Shown: positions 60,264 to 64,000 of the stretch, one piece after another
Position numbering within the stretch: the stretch's first letter is position 1
Layout of the letters: each line of letters opens with the position of its first letter
NCBI GenBank assembly: GCA_002269645.1
Contig: NIVC01000728.1
Location: forward strand, 248,001-312,000
Reading direction: 5' to 3'
DNA: 64,000 nucleotides
From: Macrostomum lignano
Lineage: Eukaryota
The notes under the pieces: generated by a model
The model's database searches: none
The model's input: the letters and a program-made list of their open reading frames with translations, nothing else
What the model was told of the DNA's origin: nothing
Translations under genes and position numbers: made by a program

Positions 60264-61026
60264 TTTCTAATATTTATGCATTAAACATGGGAGAAAAGCA
60301 AGTTTGCTACGATATCCGCCTCAGGCAGGGAAGCTGCATGATTGTCTGCGGGCCCACCAATGCAGGAAAAACAACCTTTGTCAAACACCTGATCCAGTAC
60401 AGAGACGTCATGTTTGATGTGAAGCCTGGCAGAGTTCTGTGGTACTATGGGATCTCACAGGCAGGCCATGCAGAACTGAGCAGCCTAGGTGTGCAGCTGC
60501 GCCAGGGATTTCCCACCAACATCGAGGCAGCACTTAGGCCCAATGACCTGGTTGTTTTCGATGACTTAATAGAGGAAACTTCAAACTCTGCTTCAATGCG
60601 AAATTTTTTCACAGGAATCGCACATCACTTGCCGTGCTTTTGGTGATGCTGACTCAGAATATATTTTTCAAGGGAAAAGAGTCGCGAACAATGAGCTTGA
60701 ATGTAATGTATTTAGCTATCTTGAAAAACCCCAGAGACCAGCTGCAGATTGCAGCACTGGGCAGGCAGTGCTTTACAGAGAAGCCCGGCTTTCTGCTGTC
60801 AGTGTTCAAGCACGTGACCGCGCAGGGCAGGGGAGCTTACCTGTTCCTGGATTTTCACCCATCAACTCCCGATGAGCTGCGAGTGCGGGCCAGAATTTTG
60901 CCCAACCAGCGACCCCATCTTGTATTTGAAAGTGAAAGTGAAGCTTGTTTTTATCAGCTATTGTTTTCATCGCTATGGAAGTGCTTGATTCACATGCAAG
61001 TTTTTTGCGGTTCTTGCGTCACCTAA
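60254..61026 (+). CDS. A32/FtsK-like packaging ATPase, one -1 frameshift at 60638-60641
   Basis: Walker A GPTNAGKT, Walker B LVVFDDL, then FT..AHH; adding one T continues into ..LTQN.F......RTMSLN..Y..I.KNPRD..QI..LGRQ. Confidence 0.92.
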
Positions 61027-61312
61027 ATATACCGTGCGCTTCAAGCGGCTGTTGATAAAAAATTGTCCAAAAGAAGTGCGTTATTTTCTTGTCGAGGCCT
61101 GCCATAATCTCTTACAAAACAATCTATCGTTTTCGCTCGATGAAAAAGCTGTTCTTGCAAAGTCAAAAGAGATAATTCGAAAAATTACTCACAAAAGAAG
61201 AAAGACAGACTTGTTGAAGGCTGGCTTCATCAAAATACTCCCGATTCTGCTTAAGCTGGTAAAGAAGAAGAAGCAAAATGAACAAATTTTCAGAAATGGT
61301 TCTGATTCCTAA
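60975..61312 (+). CDS. Small conserved Polinton protein ending in an amphipathic segment (adenovirus pX-like); frameshifted near its start
   Basis: MEVLDSHASFLRFL.. then (-1) RLLIKNC..EV...LVEACHNLLQNN..F...EK..L.K.K..IRKI...LLKAGFIKILPILL. Confidence 0.55.
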
Positions 61313-61897
61313 AGCAGAGTATGAGATGTTGATGCAGAATTTGAAGCCAAATGAGACTACCACTGAAGCTGACTTGAAGCAGGCTCAGAAGAAATGCGAT
61401 GACATCTTGTATGCCGAGGATTGTCCAGAAGATGTGAAAACCGCCATGTACCAAAGTGCAATGCAAAGTTTGCTGGCCAAGCGCAAGCACGCTGGAAAAG
61501 AAGGATCACGAATACTGAAGCCAAGTTGATGAAAACAGAGACACCCCAGATGAACACCTGGGAAGAGAAGATCAGCAAGTCGGTGCCACAGAAATTCAAA
61601 ACCAGGGCTCGCAGTCTGTGGACGATCCTGTCCACCAATCCAGAGCTGATTCGAGTTTGTGAAAACGGGGAGGTGGAAATCGCAGGCACGTCAATCCCTT
61701 CCTCAAACATACTGGACTTGATTCAGCACGCAGTGAGGGATTCGCCATGTGAGCGTGAACCAGTTGGGTGGAACGAGTTCATCGATTTTCTGCAGCAGAA
61801 AAAGCTTAATGTTCCGCTTTCCGCTATTGGTAAATCAGTTAAGAAGAAAATGGCAACCAGCAGAGGGGTGAACTGGAGAAAGAACAGGAGAGTCTAG
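61278..61897 (+). CDS. Conserved Polinton hypothetical protein, one -1 frameshift near 61500
   Basis: MNKFSEMVLIP N-terminus joined to SVPQKFKTRARSL...GEVEI.G..IP.SNILDLI...P.GW..F...L...NVP...IG, a pattern I recall from Polinton ORFs. Confidence 0.65.
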
Positions 61898-61997
61898 TCA
61901 AGGGGTACGGGAGCAACACAGCCTGGCTGAAACTGCCTGCCAGAAAAGTATATAAGAAGGTGGACTGACTCCGAAATTTTCGAAGGAAAGCTGCATC

Positions 61998-62480
61998 ATG
62001 AACTACATTGACTTCCAAGGATTCCGTGCAACAGCACAAGCAAAAAATTTGTTGTGAAGGAGTTGGCAGTTGTTCAAATCAGAGCGGGGAGCTACCGCAT
62101 TGCTCACCATGTGTACGCACCTCCGTATCCATGGGAGAGAGTCTCACCTGACATGCGAGTTTACTACAGACAGCTATCTAAGAGTCTGCACCAGTTTAAG
62201 TGGAATGATGGAACCCGTCCGTACATGGAACTGGCGGAAGACATTCTGAGCATTGCCAGTGGTCCGATCTGGTCAAATGGGGAAAGGAAGTCGATTTTTC
62301 TGACTGAGCTGCTTGGAAGACAGGTTTATAACCTAGAAGATTTGGGAGCACCCTCGACTGAAGATTCAGATACTGGCTGTGCAGTGAGAAATTCGTTGCT
62401 GCACTACAGTTGGCTTAAGCCAAAGTTCTGCATCAACTTAAGAAGCGAGCAGTGTCCGTGGCACACGAGCAGTAAAGTTG
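61998..62480 (+). CDS. DnaQ/DEDD-like 3'-5' exonuclease homologue, -1 frameshift at 62042-62047; C-terminus uncertain
   Basis: YIDFQGF...(+1 A)KKFVVKELAV, YAPPYPW, HQFKWNDG..PY, K..FL..LLG..V.NLEDLGAP. Confidence 0.65.
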
Positions 62481-63089
62481 GCAGAAGCAGATTTGGTGAA
62501 GAAGTTGACGATCGAAATGAGCCCACCAGCTACAGCCCTAAGAGTGACCAATCTGGTTGGCGGAGTAGATCTGAGACTGGATGGTGGCAGGGGCGCTCAG
62601 CTGCCTCTACGGGAACTGGCTCTCAGCATGGCTCATGTGATCTACCGGCCCGTCTGGCCCCGGGTGCTCATCAAGCGGATGCGAAGTCCCAGAGTGACTC
62701 TGCTACTCTACCCTACTGGGCAACTGAGCATCTGCGGTGCCAAGACCCACGCAGACGCCAAAAGGGCTGCCCGTCGCTTCGTGGCTATGCTGCATCGGAG
62801 AGTGCCGGCTCAACTGCTGCCTCATCAAACAATTTGTGTTCGAATTAAAACTATTACTGCTCATGGACAGCTCCCAGTTCATTCCGCACTTTCCTTATTA
62901 ATGTTAAAATCAATTATCCCAAACGCCGAATATGAACCAGAATCCTTTTCTGCTTTAATTTTCAATTTAAACTTTTGTAAATGTCTGCTTTTTCACAGCG
63001 GCTCTTTTGTTCTCAGTAGAGCTCGGTCCTTGAATCAGTTGCATACCGATAGCATGCGTCTACTCAATGTAGTTCTTTCCATTGAATAA
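62478..63089 (+). CDS. TATA-binding protein (TBP) homologue encoded inside the Polinton
   Basis: Both TBP repeats align. Repeat 1: VTNLVGGVDL...LRELA....YRP.WPRVLIKRMRSPRVTLLLYPTGQLSICGAKT..DAKRAARRF. Repeat 2: YEPESFSALIF.L....CLLFHSGSFVLSRAR. Confidence 0.88.
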   Translation: MAEADLVKKLTIEMSPPATALRVTNLVGGVDLRLDGGRGAQLPLRELALSMAHVIYRPVWPRVLIKRMRSPRVTLLLYPTGQLSICGAKTHADAKRAARRFVAMLHRRVPAQLLPHQTICVRIKTITAHGQLPVHSALSLLMLKSIIPNAEYEPESFSALIFNLNFCKCLLFHSGSFVLSRARSLNQLHTDSMRLLNVVLSIE

Positions 63090-63670
63090 AAATAAAAGTC
63101 AAGTCAAGCAATTTGCCGCAAATATTTCAATGATTAGTGAAAAGTGAATAAAAGGATAAACTTAGTATTCTTTACATTCATTTTCCCAGGCAGACAGCTA
63201 TGGAACACTTCAAAAACGTATTTAGCCCATCACCAAAAGTATCGCAAAACGCATATCAAATCCGAAAGTAAACAATACTACCATCGTTATAACAAACGAT
63301 GTGCACCGAGAGAAGAGAAATAGAAAAGTGATAGAGAAAATATGATTAAAACGCTGATTGAATTTACAGGAACAATTTATGTCAGATAAAAACCAAAAAC
63401 ACATTTTAAACAAGTAGTACACAAAGCAAACAAAAATGAATTAATATTGTATGAGCGCACTTGCCACAGCTTTATAAAAAGTAAAACTTAAATTGATATC
63501 AATATTTCACGCCGCAAAAACAAATTGACAGCTAAATCTAGCGCAATTAGCCAAGCATACAAATTTGTAAAAGTTACTACATGCAAGTCACTACATTTAA
63601 AACAGAATTTGGCAATTTAAACAACTCTAAAAGCAAGAAAAAGTACTAAACAGTCTGTTAAACACCCGCA

Positions 63671-64000
63671 CTAGACCAGTCGGATGCGCTTCAGCTGATC
63701 GTGGGATGCGGGCGTCAGCGCATAGTGTCCGTAGGGCAGGCTTCGATTACTGCTAAGCCACACTCGCTTATCCTCCCACACCGATAGGCTTCTTTTCTCC
63801 ATGACCGACGTGAAGATTTCGTGTTTCTTGGAAACAATCGCTGTCATGGCAACCATCTGCTCTTGCTTGGACTCGAACGCGTCGACATAGTTCGCATGCG
63901 AAATTTGCTGTCTTACTACTGACTGCTTCACGCCTTTGGCAGTTTTCTTGATCTTTGCACTCGAATTCTCGGCAGGGAGAAACGAATAAAGTTTTGGACG
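63671..64000 (-). CDS. polB: Protein-primed family B DNA polymerase, C-terminus (continues off the right edge)
   Basis: Frame is open from 64000: RPKLYS...KKTAKGVK..VV...I.H..Y...I.S.KH.I.T...EKRSLS..EDKR....SLPYGH. Confidence 0.92.
   Translation of the reverse strand, partial: RPKLYSFLPAENSSAKIKKTAKGVKQSVVRQQISHANYVDAFESKQEQMVAMTAIVSKKHEIFTSVMEKRSLSVWEDKRVWLSSNRSLPYGHYALTPASHDQLKRIRLV

Larger units (their letters stand above)
54059..64000. mobile_element. Polinton/Maverick (adintovirus-like endogenous virus), left part
   Basis: Terminus AGTAGTAG. Compact, intronless, abutting ORFs for integrase, minor capsid, major capsid, adenain-like protease and packaging ATPase, plus a convergent protein-primed PolB. 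Confidence 0.95.

Noticed and set aside
62481-62848. C-terminal extension of the 62054-62848 ORF
   Set aside because: It overlaps the TBP homologue in another frame and has no recognisable motifs; probably shadow read-through.
63200-63420. Possible small frameshifted Polinton ORF between TBP and PolB
   Set aside because: Could not reconstruct a convincing reading frame or homology by eye.

Overview
Eukaryotic (invertebrate animal) genomic DNA. The polyQ-rich, GC-rich genes and dense minisatellites resemble a Macrostomum-type flatworm, but this is inference only. Roughly a third of the window is micro/minisatellite. Host genes: the 5' coding exon of an ATAD2-family AAA/bromodomain gene (minus strand, runs off the left edge), a 3-exon CCDC24 homologue, an intronless FAM78, an intronless class A GPCR, a 2-exon SoxB1-type HMG gene, and a 4-exon secreted PAN-like + ALK/LTK glycine-rich-domain protein. 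Mobile DNA: two copies of a tRNA-headed SINE-like repeat, a 200-bp MITE with 8-bp TSD inside a minisatellite, and a 5'-truncated Penelope-like retroelement (SGNH-like ORF1 remnant, RT + GIY-YIG, minimal hammerhead ribozyme) flanked by a long direct repeat. From 54059 to the right edge lies a Polinton/Maverick (adintovirus-like) endogenous virus with integrase, minor and major capsid, protease, ATPase, exonuclease and PolB. Most notably, it also encodes a full two-repeat TATA-binding-protein homologue and a tandem PC4-like protein.
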